This document shows, piece after piece, positions 36,500-46,901 of a stretch of DNA of 64,000 bases. Position 1 is the first letter of the stretch. Each line of letters starts with the position of its first letter. The position numbers and the translations under genes were made by a program. The stretch lies in the IMG/VR virus record IMGVR_UViG_3300045988_052780, one strand, 5' to 3'. This stretch comes from a virus. The notes below the pieces were generated by a model. The model was given only the letters and a program-made list of their open reading frames with translations, made no database searches and was not told the DNA's origin.

Positions 36500-36940
36500 A
36501 TGTTTGGACAACCATTCGGTAGCAATTATGCCGATTTACAGAACCAATACATGCAACAATTACAAGCTATGCAACAAGCACAGCAAGCACAACAGAAGAC
36601 CCAGCCTATCTTAGATGAAATAAACAGAGAGGTTGGGTCTCTGTCTTTAGACGAACAGAAAGTTCTAGCAACTATGCAAGAATACCAAATGGCTAAAAGT
36701 ACTTACGAAGCAGGGTTCATGGCATTTCTAGGTAATAAATTTAGTCAAGAATATGTTGCATCTCCAGATGGTAAAATAGCTGCTGATAACTTATTAGCTA
36801 CTATTAGAAAGAGCAAAGAGCATATACATGCTCAGCTTAAAGCTAAGGAAGATAAAGTAAATACATTATTAGAACTAGTTGAACAAGATCCTGAAATTAA
36901 GAAGAGATTAGACGAAGTAATGTTAAATAAGAATAAGTAA
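36500..36940 (+). CDS. Hypothetical Q-rich coiled-coil protein (146 aa)
   Basis: ORF. QQLQAMQQAQQAQQ stretch. Confidence 0.45.
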   Translation: MFGQPFGSNYADLQNQYMQQLQAMQQAQQAQQKTQPILDEINREVGSLSLDEQKVLATMQEYQMAKSTYEAGFMAFLGNKFSQEYVASPDGKIAADNLLATIRKSKEHIHAQLKAKEDKVNTLLELVEQDPEIKKRLDEVMLNKNK

Positions 36941-37272
36941 TGAGTGATAAAGAAATTTTATTTCAGGCATTTAACAAGTATGCTAAAGATTTAGCTTCTA
37001 ATTTATTTCATTTAAACAGTGTAGCTAGTCAAGCGGTAATTACGTATGTAGTTAAGAATATGGAAGATAAATATGGTAAATATTTAGAGATATTTACTGA
37101 TGTAAACGGCAATATTAATGTAGATTTGTTAGGTAACGCAGCTAAAGCAGAAATGAAAGATAAATACCCAGATGGATACGTTACTAATATATTTGGTAAG
37201 CCAGTTAAGTTTAATGATGAGGATATAACTCAATTACTTAATCTATTTAAACAATTTAAACAAAATAAATAA
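36940..37272 (+). CDS. Hypothetical protein (110 aa)
   Basis: ORF overlapping the previous stop by 1 nt (TAATG). Confidence 0.45.
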   Translation: MSDKEILFQAFNKYAKDLASNLFHLNSVASQAVITYVVKNMEDKYGKYLEIFTDVNGNINVDLLGNAAKAEMKDKYPDGYVTNIFGKPVKFNDEDITQLLNLFKQFKQNK

Positions 37273-37286
37273 ATCTAATTCGAGCC

Positions 37287-37739
37287 ATGATTAAATTACA
37301 ATTAAAGCGCATATTCAAAGGAAGTACTTATACAATAGGTAAATTATATGTAAATGGAGAGTACTTCTGTGATACTTTAGAAGATACTGATAGAGGATTA
37401 ACATCTGAAATGCCTATTAGTAAAATAAAAGATATTAAAATATATGGTAAGACTGCAATCCCTACCGGAACATACAAGATAGTTATGAATGTGGTAAGCG
37501 AAACATTTAAGAACAGATCTTGGGCTAAGCCTTATGGAGGTAAACTTCCTAGATTAGTAAATGTTCCTGGTTATGAAGGAGTTCTTATTCATGTAGGTAA
37601 TACTGCTGACGATACATCTGGATGCTTATTAGTTGGAAGAAATAAAGTTGTTGGAAAGGTTACTGAAAGCACTGCTACGTTTGTGGAATTAATGAACATA
37701 TTAAGAGATGATTCTAATATAGAGATAACAATAGAGTAA
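37287..37739 (+). CDS. Small protein with a His...SGC motif like the catalytic core of YkuD/L,D-transpeptidase-fold enzymes (150 aa)
   Basis: GVLIHVGNTADDTSGCLLVG resembles the H-x-G ... (S/T)xGC(I/V/L) active-site arrangement of L,D-transpeptidase-like domains. Lies in the structural block. Confidence 0.35.
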   Translation: MIKLQLKRIFKGSTYTIGKLYVNGEYFCDTLEDTDRGLTSEMPISKIKDIKIYGKTAIPTGTYKIVMNVVSETFKNRSWAKPYGGKLPRLVNVPGYEGVLIHVGNTADDTSGCLLVGRNKVVGKVTESTATFVELMNILRDDSNIEITIE

Positions 37740-37741
37740 AT

Positions 37742-39955
37742 ATGGAAACTTTGTTTGGAAGGACTTATGATCATATAGGAAGTACCGATTCCGATTTTAT
37801 TATTAAAACTAGAGGCCAAGTTAAGATCCAATGGGGTAAAGTGTTTATTGATCTTATAAAAGATGGAAAGATAAACGTCAACTCTGATATATTTAATATA
37901 GTAGATACTGTAAGTGACGTAAAAGGGGCTGATGGAATTTACTATGTAAAAGAAGATGGCTCAGTTTACATTCTCATTGACGGCAATGTAATAAATATTG
38001 CTGGGGAATTAGGAACTACTTATGTTTCTTTTAAGGGACCTCAAGAGACTACTGGAGACGAGAAGTATACAGCCTTAGCAAATATAGGATTCATATATAA
38101 GACCTTAAAAGAGGCACAAGATTCAGGTATTCCTAATAGTATGTTGTATGTAGAAGAAACTGGGTTGTTATATTATATAAGGAATGGAGAGCTAATAGAA
38201 TTTACTACTAGTATTCCTAATCCATATACTGAACAATTTGTAGTTAGTAAGGTAGATCAATCTTCTGAAGGAGCTATAGTCGTACAAGGGTCAGGTAAAG
38301 AGAATAGCCTAATTGTAGGTAATATGTATCTTTACCAGAATGAACAAAGATCTATAATTTATAGTCCTAATAATATAGTTTTAAATGCCGGAAATACTGA
38401 TATAGTAGAAGTAACACCCCAAGAAATGAAAGTTAACTATCCTGCTAATTTTAAGAGGGAAGTTACTTCTAACATGTTTATGTCTCCTGGAGCTACTGAG
38501 AAACTTGGATTTAGACTTTACTTAGAAAGAGGTGAGTCTACCCTAGAGGTTGATAATATAGTAGTTAGGAAGGGAATTCCTGGATATATAGAAACTACTC
38601 ATAAGGAATTATTACAGTTAATAGAAGATAGGGGTTTAGGACTTTTACAGAAATACTGTATTATGGATTTCCAGAACGAATGGGAGTTAACTACCGAAGA
38701 TGATACAATTGAAAATGAGGGTGAAGTAGAGGATGAAGATTCTGACGATTCTAAGGAATCAACTGAGGCATATAATACAAGACCGATAATAGTTACAGCC
38801 GCAGGACCTAACAGCATTACTAGGACTGGTTATTTCAGAGATAAGCCCGAATGGATTATAGAGTACGATATTAACTATCAAGATAGAATATTAGTTCCTA
38901 CTATGGATGAGAACGGAGCTATAACAAGGACTCCAGTAGAAGCTAAGGGAAGAATTACCAAACTTACAGATGAAAACGGAAATAGCTGTAATTATGATTT
39001 TAAACATCTGACATTCTTAATAAATGATAATCTATATTATACTTTCGGAGGAACTACTGATTTAAGTTCTACAGATTCATTTAAGAATGTTAGATTAAAT
39101 TTAACTAATCCAGCTAGATATGGTAATAATGGTATTGATTCTATAAGCGTAAATAAAGGTAATAATATAGTTCTTAGCGGAACTTATAATAATGTACAGT
39201 TAGGTACTATAAACAATTCATTTACTTTCGATGGTACTATGAGCAATGTCAAAGTTATAGGATCATTATCTAATGTAATATTTGATAAGAATTCTGGATC
39301 TACAGTGGTTAATAATTGCATGATAGACAACCTATCAGAAATTACATTCAGAGGTCCTATAGAGTATTGTACATTTCATAATACATTATCTGGATATGAT
39401 TTTACTAAGGAGAAATATCCATTACTATATGACAGCTCTAAAGTTAAGGATATATATTTAAACAACTCTAAAGTAAACATAATCTGTATTCCGGATATAG
39501 TATTCCCGGGAATGATAGTAATGTATAATGGGCAGGCTCCTATACCAACTGGCTGGCATATCTGCGATGGAACTGGAGGTACTCCCAATTTAGTAGGAAG
39601 CTTTATTAAGGCTGGCATATCTGCTGGAGAAACTGGAGGTAAGGAAGAGATTGAACTAAAGATAGAGAATCTGCCTCCACATACTCATAAGTTCTCACAA
39701 TCTTCAGTAACAACCTCTGAAAGTGGGGAACATTCTCACATATATAGAGCACCAGTACCAGGTGATAGTGATAATGCTAACGATAGAACAGTACAAAGAG
39801 GTTCTACAGACGCATTAACTTCTCCAGCCGGAAATCATACACACACAATAGACTTATCTTCAGCTGCGCTTGAGGAAGTAGGAGAGGGAGTTCCATTAAA
39901 ATGGGAACCAAAGTATTATTCGTTAATATTTATTATGAAAGTAGATGCTATGTAA
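37742..39955 (+). CDS. Tail fiber protein with a C-terminal phage tail-collar domain (737 aa)
   Basis: C-terminal FPGMIVMYNGQAPIPTGWHICDGTGGTPNLVGSFIKAG fits the Collar domain consensus (P.GW..CDG). Acidic insertion EGEVEDEDSDDSKE. Confidence 0.6.
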   Translation: METLFGRTYDHIGSTDSDFIIKTRGQVKIQWGKVFIDLIKDGKINVNSDIFNIVDTVSDVKGADGIYYVKEDGSVYILIDGNVINIAGELGTTYVSFKGPQETTGDEKYTALANIGFIYKTLKEAQDSGIPNSMLYVEETGLLYYIRNGELIEFTTSIPNPYTEQFVVSKVDQSSEGAIVVQGSGKENSLIVGNMYLYQNEQRSIIYSPNNIVLNAGNTDIVEVTPQEMKVNYPANFKREVTSNMFMSPGATEKLGFRLYLERGESTLEVDNIVVRKGIPGYIETTHKELLQLIEDRGLGLLQKYCIMDFQNEWELTTEDDTIENEGEVEDEDSDDSKESTEAYNTRPIIVTAAGPNSITRTGYFRDKPEWIIEYDINYQDRILVPTMDENGAITRTPVEAKGRITKLTDENGNSCNYDFKHLTFLINDNLYYTFGGTTDLSSTDSFKNVRLNLTNPARYGNNGIDSISVNKGNNIVLSGTYNNVQLGTINNSFTFDGTMSNVKVIGSLSNVIFDKNSGSTVVNNCMIDNLSEITFRGPIEYCTFHNTLSGYDFTKEKYPLLYDSSKVKDIYLNNSKVNIICIPDIVFPGMIVMYNGQAPIPTGWHICDGTGGTPNLVGSFIKAGISAGETGGKEEIELKIENLPPHTHKFSQSSVTTSESGEHSHIYRAPVPGDSDNANDRTVQRGSTDALTSPAGNHTHTIDLSSAALEEVGEGVPLKWEPKYYSLIFIMKVDAM

Positions 39956-39966
39956 TATATATTACA
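39951..39966. other. Perfect 16-bp palindrome tgtaatatatattaca overlapping the stop codon of the collar-fiber gene
   Basis: Seen directly. Confidence 0.5.
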
Positions 39967-40036
39967 AATAAAAGTATGCAATAAGTTAGTAATTAAGATA
40001 AATTACCAATCAGTTTTAAGGTTCAAAATTTATGCT

Positions 40037-40044
40037 TAAATTTG
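40037..40044 (+). promoter_or_regulatory. Bacteroidota-type -7 box TAaaTTTG 25 nt upstream of the ATG at 40069
   Basis: TAnnTTTG match. Confidence 0.35.
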
Positions 40045-40068
40045 CAAATAACTTTAAAGGGAATTAAT

Positions 40069-41163
40069 ATGGAAATGGAATTAGCGGAATTAGGATTTGA
40101 CGACGAAGACATCTTAGGTGAAGAAGGTCAAGTACATACTGGAGACCCAGATGATGATGTCAAACGATGGATGGAAGGAGATGTGCCAGAAGGTGACTAT
40201 CTGGACAATAACTCCGATAACAATCCTGATAATAATCCAGACGAAGAAGACGACTTACTTACTAGTGTACTAAAAGCCAAAGGAATTAATCCAGAAGCTA
40301 TTAAGGTACGTAATGACGAGGGGGAGATTGAAGAAATACCTTTCACTAGTCTTACTAAGGAGGAACAATTAGATTTACTCAATTACAGTCCAGCCGAGGA
40401 CGAATACGGTCTAGAACCTGAAGAGATAAATCTGATTAACGAACTCAGACAGAATAATCTAAGTGTACAAGATTATTTAGAGGCACACAGACAACAAGCT
40501 ATCCAAGACTATCTCGATGGATTAGAAGAACAGCCGCAGTATCAAGTAGATGATTTGTCAGATGAACAACTATTCTTAGCAGATTTGAAAGCAAACGTCC
40601 CAGACCTCACAGACGAAGAAGCTCAAGCCCAGTTGGATTTAGAGAAACAGAATGAAGCTCTGTTTACTAAGAAGATGGCGGGCCTTCGTAATGTCTATAA
40701 AGAAAGAGAGGATGCTCTTATTCAGCAGACTCAGCAGGACTACGAAGAGAAACAAAGACAAGCTGATGAAGCTTATGAGAACTCTATTTTAGAGGCTATT
40801 CGTGATAATGAGACTATAGATTTCGGGGAGTCTGAACTTACCCTATCAGAGGACGATATGAATGAAATTGCTTCCTTTATCTTAGATTCAGATGCTGCTG
40901 GAGTCAGATATCTTGCTAGGGCTATACAGGACCCACAAATGCTAGTACAAATGGCATGGTTTGCCCTTAAAGGACCTGAAGCATTACGTCAGATTTCAGA
41001 ATATTATAAACATCAGATAACTGAGCAATCTCGTACCAATTATAAGAAAGGGTATGAAGATGCTAAGGCTGGTAGAACCTCTAATCCTACTAAGACTGTA
41101 GTTAAGCGTCCAGAACCTAGGACGGTACCTACTAAAGGAATGAATATTAACGATTTAGATTAA
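40069..41163 (+). CDS. Highly acidic, helical protein, a candidate scaffolding protein (364 aa from the ATG at 40069; the ORF track extends it to a TTG at 40042)
   Basis: D/E-rich (DNNSDNNPDNNPDEEDD, EEQLDL...). Predicted coiled coil. Immediately upstream of the putative major capsid protein. Confidence 0.4.
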   Translation: MEMELAELGFDDEDILGEEGQVHTGDPDDDVKRWMEGDVPEGDYLDNNSDNNPDNNPDEEDDLLTSVLKAKGINPEAIKVRNDEGEIEEIPFTSLTKEEQLDLLNYSPAEDEYGLEPEEINLINELRQNNLSVQDYLEAHRQQAIQDYLDGLEEQPQYQVDDLSDEQLFLADLKANVPDLTDEEAQAQLDLEKQNEALFTKKMAGLRNVYKEREDALIQQTQQDYEEKQRQADEAYENSILEAIRDNETIDFGESELTLSEDDMNEIASFILDSDAAGVRYLARAIQDPQMLVQMAWFALKGPEALRQISEYYKHQITEQSRTNYKKGYEDAKAGRTSNPTKTVVKRPEPRTVPTKGMNINDLD

Positions 41164-41179
41164 ATCTAATTAAATAACT

Positions 41180-42601
41180 ATGATAGTAGCAAATTTCGTA
41201 ACCAATCGCGCCACTATGGGCGACACTAGAACTTATGAGGATTTCTATAAGTTCCTAGGCACTAAACCAACTAGACTTGGTGTAGTATCAAGACTCTACC
41301 CAGAGTTAACTGCCTCCTACTTAACTGAATCTTTGAGAAATATCTTCTACATGGATTCTAAATCAAATAATAAGTACAGAAGCATTGATAGCATGTACTT
41401 TGAATGGGAAGTAGAAACCAATTACATTAAGAGAGTTGAGTTCGCAGATGTACCAACTGAAACTGGAGAGAACGGAACTGAGATTGTAATGGCTTTCAAA
41501 GAGAACTATTACCAGAAGTACGATATCTTCAAGATTGACAAAACAATGCAGCAATGCTTCGTTACTCAGAGACCAGTTCGTAAAGCCGATAATTACTGGG
41601 AAGTAACTGTTAGATTGATTGATAATGATTATTCAAGTGTTCTTGATCTTAGCGGTTGCCAAATTGGTGATACTACAAGATTCCAATCCAATGCTATGCC
41701 TGAAGCACATGAAGAAGGATATGTAAAATATCAATCTAATATTGAACGTCATAGAGGATACATTACTACTCACAGATGTGATGATAGTTATACTGCTCTA
41801 TATGCTGCTCAAGAAGATGTTCTTATCAAGATTGGAGAAGGTAAGGATAAGGGAAGTATGTCTGAAACCATGTATAGAATGGATAAGACCCAATCCAACT
41901 TGCTGAAGAACTTCTTGTATGTAAGAAATAATGGTCTGCTGTTCAATAAGACTAATGTTGATAAGAATGGTAAACCGACACTGTTCGATCCAGATACTGG
42001 TCGTCCTATCTATATTGGTGATGGTATCATCCCACAAGTTGAGAGATTTGCATCTAAATATGCATATAACAAACTTACAGTTGAAGCATTCACTACAGCT
42101 ATTGCTATGATGAATGAGAAGAGTGAGAACCCAACTGGTAACAAGTACGTGCTTATCTGTAACGAGAAGGCATGGGGAGATGTACAAACTTGTCTGTCAG
42201 AGTGGCTTGCTAGATTCAAAACTTGCGGAACTTATCTGTGGTCTAAGAAAGCTAACGGTTATGTTGACGTAGGTGCTACATTCCAATCTTATGAAATCGG
42301 TGGTAATACAATTTCATTCAAGGTTGATAGAACATTCTCTCGTGAATGGGGTAGCGATAAGGGCTTCATGTTGATGCTTGACTTGACTGCTGATAAAGTA
42401 AGTGGTGAACCTGCTATTCAAATGTTTACGTTGAAGGGTGGAGACTTTATTTCTAACAAGTATCCGGGTGTTGGTGGTCTTGACGGACTGAGCTCTGGAG
42501 TTGTTTCAAGTCCTGTAGCTGCTTCTAAGCTTATCAACTGGGGTTACTCTGGTGTAGGTGTATTCTCACCTTACAGAAGCTTCATTATGAAAGAAGTGTA
42601 A
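41180..42601 (+). CDS. Putative major capsid protein (473 aa)
   Basis: Size and position after the scaffold-like gene. Followed by a strong terminator, which implies high expression. No motif verifiable by eye. Confidence 0.45.
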   Translation: MIVANFVTNRATMGDTRTYEDFYKFLGTKPTRLGVVSRLYPELTASYLTESLRNIFYMDSKSNNKYRSIDSMYFEWEVETNYIKRVEFADVPTETGENGTEIVMAFKENYYQKYDIFKIDKTMQQCFVTQRPVRKADNYWEVTVRLIDNDYSSVLDLSGCQIGDTTRFQSNAMPEAHEEGYVKYQSNIERHRGYITTHRCDDSYTALYAAQEDVLIKIGEGKDKGSMSETMYRMDKTQSNLLKNFLYVRNNGLLFNKTNVDKNGKPTLFDPDTGRPIYIGDGIIPQVERFASKYAYNKLTVEAFTTAIAMMNEKSENPTGNKYVLICNEKAWGDVQTCLSEWLARFKTCGTYLWSKKANGYVDVGATFQSYEIGGNTISFKVDRTFSREWGSDKGFMLMLDLTADKVSGEPAIQMFTLKGGDFISNKYPGVGGLDGLSSGVVSSPVAASKLINWGYSGVGVFSPYRSFIMKEV

Positions 42602-42617
42602 TAAGTTTATAATAGAT

Positions 42618-42650
42618 AATGTGGGGAAGGCATAAGACCTTCCTCACACT
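42618..42650 (+). terminator. Rho-independent terminator after the putative MCP gene
   Basis: About 11-bp stem tgtggggaagg/ccttcctcaca (1 mismatch) with loop cataaga, then a T-rich ctatttt. Confidence 0.55.
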
Positions 42651-42695
42651 ATTTTAACAAGATATTAATAATATAATTAAAATGATAGAATTAAT

Positions 42696-43511
42696 ATGGC
42701 TGATGTATTAGACAACGTAATTGTCTTAAGAAGTGTATTCGGTAAAGTGGGACAGAAGTATTTCTTAAATCCAGTAAGAGACCCTCAAACTGGCAGATAT
42801 CCAGACTGTGTGAGACCTGTAGATAGTAAGGGTGATATAATCTTTCAATCTGAAGCTGATAAAGGGAAACCGCTTATTGCGGAGAATAGAGTATTTATTA
42901 TAGAAGACGGAAAGACATTTAACCTAAATGATCCTTGGCAAGCCGCTGAGTGGTATTCTATTCAACACTGTCCGATGATTGCTATGTCACGTGATCAACG
43001 TGATAAGAACGGAAACTTAGTAATTGATGGAGACTCTAAAAGGTATGGTAGTGCAGAACTCTATGTAGAGAGACCAGGCTACGAAACTAATAAACGTGTT
43101 AATAAGAGAAGACTTATTCATGACGCGGAAGAATACATTATTAGAGACCCACAAGGTGCTGATGGTAGACTTAAAATGGCTAAGTTGCTTGGACGTAACA
43201 TGCGTAATGCTCCAGATGCCGATGTAGAAGACTTCTTGATGAATATTGCATCTAAAGAACCAGAGAAGATTATTAATCTTTATCGTGGTGATGATATTGC
43301 ACTTAGACTGCTATTTATTGATGCTAAGGACAAACGTGTCATTTATGTGAAGAATAAAGTTTATCTATATAGTGAGAATCAAATTGTACTTGGAGCAACT
43401 GACGACGCGGTAATTTCTTGGATGAAGAATCCTACTAATGCTAAAGTACTTGAACTCATTAAGAGAGATGTTTATCCTGAGTTCTATGATGACAAAGGAG
43501 CAAAGAAATAA
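42696..43511 (+). CDS. Hypothetical structural-module protein (271 aa)
   Basis: ORF. Confidence 0.5.
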   Translation: MADVLDNVIVLRSVFGKVGQKYFLNPVRDPQTGRYPDCVRPVDSKGDIIFQSEADKGKPLIAENRVFIIEDGKTFNLNDPWQAAEWYSIQHCPMIAMSRDQRDKNGNLVIDGDSKRYGSAELYVERPGYETNKRVNKRRLIHDAEEYIIRDPQGADGRLKMAKLLGRNMRNAPDADVEDFLMNIASKEPEKIINLYRGDDIALRLLFIDAKDKRVIYVKNKVYLYSENQIVLGATDDAVISWMKNPTNAKVLELIKRDVYPEFYDDKGAKK

Positions 43512-43530
43512 ATAACGTAAACTACTAAGA

Positions 43531-44505
43531 ATGACAGCTAGACAGGTCTATGAAGGAGTTCTGATAGAACTTAATAAGGTAGAGGCTCCCAGTTTACTTT
43601 TAGAAGATTTTAATTACCTATTTAACAAAGCCGTCTATCAATACATTAACACTCGCTATAATATCTATGATATTAATCAGCAAACTACAGATGATGTACG
43701 TGTATTGAAAGCTACAGCAATTTTACCAGTAAAGCTGGCTGCTGATGCATATACTGACGATGATGTTACTGGCAATGGTGTTACTGCTTCTAATGCACTT
43801 TATGGAGCCACTTATGAGGTAATACTTCCTTCAGATTACTTACATATTCTTAACTGCGTATGTAATTATAAAGTTAAGAAGCAGTTTAAATGCTATAATC
43901 CTGATTCTTTTGTACAATTCTCTGCTAGAAGATTGACATCTGACTTATGGTCTCAGATTATTAACAACTTCTACATGAGACCTATGTACAAGAGACCGTA
44001 TTTCTACATTCATAATGTAAATACAAATGTAGCTAATCCCACTAATCCTTACCAAGCTTCCGCTAATAGTGGTACTGATATTACATCAGCAACCACCTCA
44101 GACGGAACTACTACTGTTACAGGAGGACTACCCAAAACTATTAAAATCGGTAATAATGCTGTAGACGCTGTAGAAAGGTCTGGACAAATTAGATTTGGTA
44201 ACACTTCTCAAGTTAGAATGGAGATTAGATACGGTAAAGACACATCACTATTTGAACTAGTTAATGTGTACATTGATTATCTGAAAACTCCTCAGAATAT
44301 CAGACTTACACAGGAGCAATTAGACTTAACAGAAGATACATCTCAAATGATGGAATTCCCAGATTATGTGTGCCAAGAGATTATAAATGTGCTGGTTAAA
44401 TTAGTCATGGAGAACTCTAGTGACCCAAGACTTCAAACTCATATTCCAGTTAATACGACTATTGCTAATCCAGCTCAAGCACAGTCACAACCTAATAAAA
44501 AGTAA
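43531..44505 (+). CDS. Hypothetical structural-module protein (324 aa)
   Basis: ORF. Confidence 0.5.
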   Translation: MTARQVYEGVLIELNKVEAPSLLLEDFNYLFNKAVYQYINTRYNIYDINQQTTDDVRVLKATAILPVKLAADAYTDDDVTGNGVTASNALYGATYEVILPSDYLHILNCVCNYKVKKQFKCYNPDSFVQFSARRLTSDLWSQIINNFYMRPMYKRPYFYIHNVNTNVANPTNPYQASANSGTDITSATTSDGTTTVTGGLPKTIKIGNNAVDAVERSGQIRFGNTSQVRMEIRYGKDTSLFELVNVYIDYLKTPQNIRLTQEQLDLTEDTSQMMEFPDYVCQEIINVLVKLVMENSSDPRLQTHIPVNTTIANPAQAQSQPNKK

Positions 44506-44511
44506 TAAATT

Positions 44512-45414
44512 ATGTTTAAATGGACTAACACACTGATTGTTAATTCTAATTTAGATTCTAGCGGTAAAGCTAAATGGTCTGCACAACCAGAGGATACAGG
44601 TAGTGGTGTTGTAGGCAGCTTTGAATTTAAAAGAGTAAACAAATTCCTCAAACCTAATGTAGTACATATTTATAAAAGAGCTGCATCAGACCCAGTACTT
44701 GGTAAAGTAACATTTACTATGGATAACCAGGGTGTAGGTAACTATAGAGTAGCTCTCTACATTAGATTGTCAGGGAGTCAGAATTCTTACTACTCTAATG
44801 ACTTTGTATTTAAGGGTAAACCTCTTATGTACGAATTTGCTGTTAAGGATGCTTCTGCTACGGCAGCTGATATTGCTAAAGAGGCAGCTAGAGTAATTGA
44901 GAAGATTCAGACCATTTATGGAGACCACTGGATTAAAGCTAGTGCTAATGGTAACAATTTAGTTATTGAAGGAATGGATGAATATCAGCTATTTACTAAA
45001 GCCGAAATTCAGAAATTTGATCCAACTCTCAACACAGCTCTTGTAGGTGGAGAGTTTGTAACTATTGCAACAGCACTTCCTGCTGATGATCCAGACTACG
45101 ATGGAGTTAATACCATTGTTAAATCTAAAGAAGGATTCGGTACTTACTGGATGATTCTTAAAGACCTTAGACTGCCGACTTTGGAAGCTAGACGCTTTGC
45201 TGCTCTTAATGAAGAGGAGCTTCCAGTAGCTGGAGCTAAGTACAACCAATATACTATCTACTACTGCAAGGAAAGAGGTATTATGGGTGGTGATGCTGTA
45301 GGAGAAGTTACTAAGTCTATGACTACTCACGTATTCTACGTTAAAGAAGACTTGGCAGCTGATTTTGAAGCAGCTTTAGGTAACATCGGTACTGTAGAAG
45401 CTATTACAGACTAA
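44512..45414 (+). CDS. Hypothetical abundant virion protein (300 aa), terminator-flanked
   Basis: ORF followed by a strong hairpin terminator. Confidence 0.5.
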   Translation: MFKWTNTLIVNSNLDSSGKAKWSAQPEDTGSGVVGSFEFKRVNKFLKPNVVHIYKRAASDPVLGKVTFTMDNQGVGNYRVALYIRLSGSQNSYYSNDFVFKGKPLMYEFAVKDASATAADIAKEAARVIEKIQTIYGDHWIKASANGNNLVIEGMDEYQLFTKAEIQKFDPTLNTALVGGEFVTIATALPADDPDYDGVNTIVKSKEGFGTYWMILKDLRLPTLEARRFAALNEEELPVAGAKYNQYTIYYCKERGIMGGDAVGEVTKSMTTHVFYVKEDLAADFEAALGNIGTVEAITD

Positions 45415-45427
45415 ACAATCTAAATTA

Positions 45428-45462
45428 AAATAGGCAGTAGCACACCAATGCTGCTGCCTATT
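45428..45462 (+). terminator. Rho-independent terminator (about 14-bp stem aaataggcagtagca/tgctgctgcctattt, then ctatttt)
   Basis: Inverted repeat with one mismatch plus a T-run. Confidence 0.55.
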
Positions 45463-45476
45463 TCTATTTTATACCT

Positions 45477-46154
45477 ATGGGATATTACGAGAAATTAGCA
45501 TCGGCTATATATAATGATATTATGAGTGGACTTAGAGGCTATAGTTCTAATCCATCTATGTCATTAGAGCAGTTAGAAGATGATATCATAGACGAAAGAC
45601 TCCAAATTATTAAGGAGTATTTTATTAAAGGCCTAGTTCCTAAAAAGGACTTATTAATGACAATTCCATGTATTCAAGTAGACTGTAAAAGTATTGATAG
45701 ATGTAGATGCAATGCTAGTGTATGTGACCAGGAAATAGCTCATTTTGAATTGCCTCAATTATTAACAGAGTTTGGAGACGATGGTATAGAATATATAGGT
45801 ACTACTGATATGACATACCCATTTATATATTATACTAATCCTACATTAATGACTTATCATAAATACAGAAGGAGAGGCAAACGTAAGCCTTATGTATGGA
45901 TAGATACTACTCCTAATGAGAATAATATGTATGATGGGTTTATATTTAATGCCCCGCTTATCAAGCAATTAACAGTAGTGGCTATACCTAAAGACCCTAG
46001 ACAACTTGATTACTATGGATGTTGTTCACCAGTAGACATTAATAATATGACCTTTATTGATGCAGAAATTAAGAAGAGACTAACTGAGAAGAAGATAAGA
46101 TATTATAGAAGCTTACAGGCCCCGATAGTTCCTAATGATCAAATAGCAAGATAA
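45477..46154 (+). CDS. Hypothetical protein (225 aa)
   Basis: ORF. Confidence 0.5.
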   Translation: MGYYEKLASAIYNDIMSGLRGYSSNPSMSLEQLEDDIIDERLQIIKEYFIKGLVPKKDLLMTIPCIQVDCKSIDRCRCNASVCDQEIAHFELPQLLTEFGDDGIEYIGTTDMTYPFIYYTNPTLMTYHKYRRRGKRKPYVWIDTTPNENNMYDGFIFNAPLIKQLTVVAIPKDPRQLDYYGCCSPVDINNMTFIDAEIKKRLTEKKIRYYRSLQAPIVPNDQIAR

Positions 46155-46208
46155 TTAGGATATAATATATAAATGCATGTCTCTTAAAAGAGATATTAAC
46201 TTACACGT

Positions 46209-46901
46209 ATGTTAGAGAATTTTAATGCAGCATATTATACTGCTAATCTATTATATAATCTGGAACTAAAGCCAGAGGAATTTGAAGAAATTGGTCTAAT
46301 TGCATGGAATAAAATAGGCAACAGAAGGACTAGACTATATAGATATACTACTAGCATTCAATGTCCTGATAATACTGTAGAACTACCATGTAATTGTGAT
46401 ATAATAGAAGCAGTTACATATAATTTTGAAGAATGGAACTACGTTACTAATGACACAGTTAACGGAGATTATGCTTCACAGTTTATTGAGAATTACATAG
46501 AGACTAGAAAGATGTATAGTGATCCACTCTATACAAGTGGTAAATATGCCAAATATGAAAGAGTAGGAGATACTTTATACTTTGACAAGAACTATGGTCA
46601 AGTCAATATCTTATATAAAGGCATAATATTAGATGAGGAAGGTCTTCCAGAGATTAATGAGAAAGAGAAAGAAGCTATAGCTTGCTACTGTGCAGTTACT
46701 AAGAGGTTTAAAGAAGGTTGGAAGAATCACAATCAGAACATGTTGCAAGAGGCACAATTATTAGAACAAAGATGGCTCAAATTGTGTGATGCAGCTAGAG
46801 TTTCTATCTACATTAATCAAAATGAAATGAATACCATATTAGATGCTAAAACTAGTTGGAATAGAAAGATATTTAATAAATCATATAAACCAATGAAGTG
46901 A
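46209..46901 (+). CDS. Hypothetical protein (230 aa)
   Basis: ORF. Confidence 0.5.
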   Translation: MLENFNAAYYTANLLYNLELKPEEFEEIGLIAWNKIGNRRTRLYRYTTSIQCPDNTVELPCNCDIIEAVTYNFEEWNYVTNDTVNGDYASQFIENYIETRKMYSDPLYTSGKYAKYERVGDTLYFDKNYGQVNILYKGIILDEEGLPEINEKEKEAIACYCAVTKRFKEGWKNHNQNMLQEAQLLEQRWLKLCDAARVSIYINQNEMNTILDAKTSWNRKIFNKSYKPMK

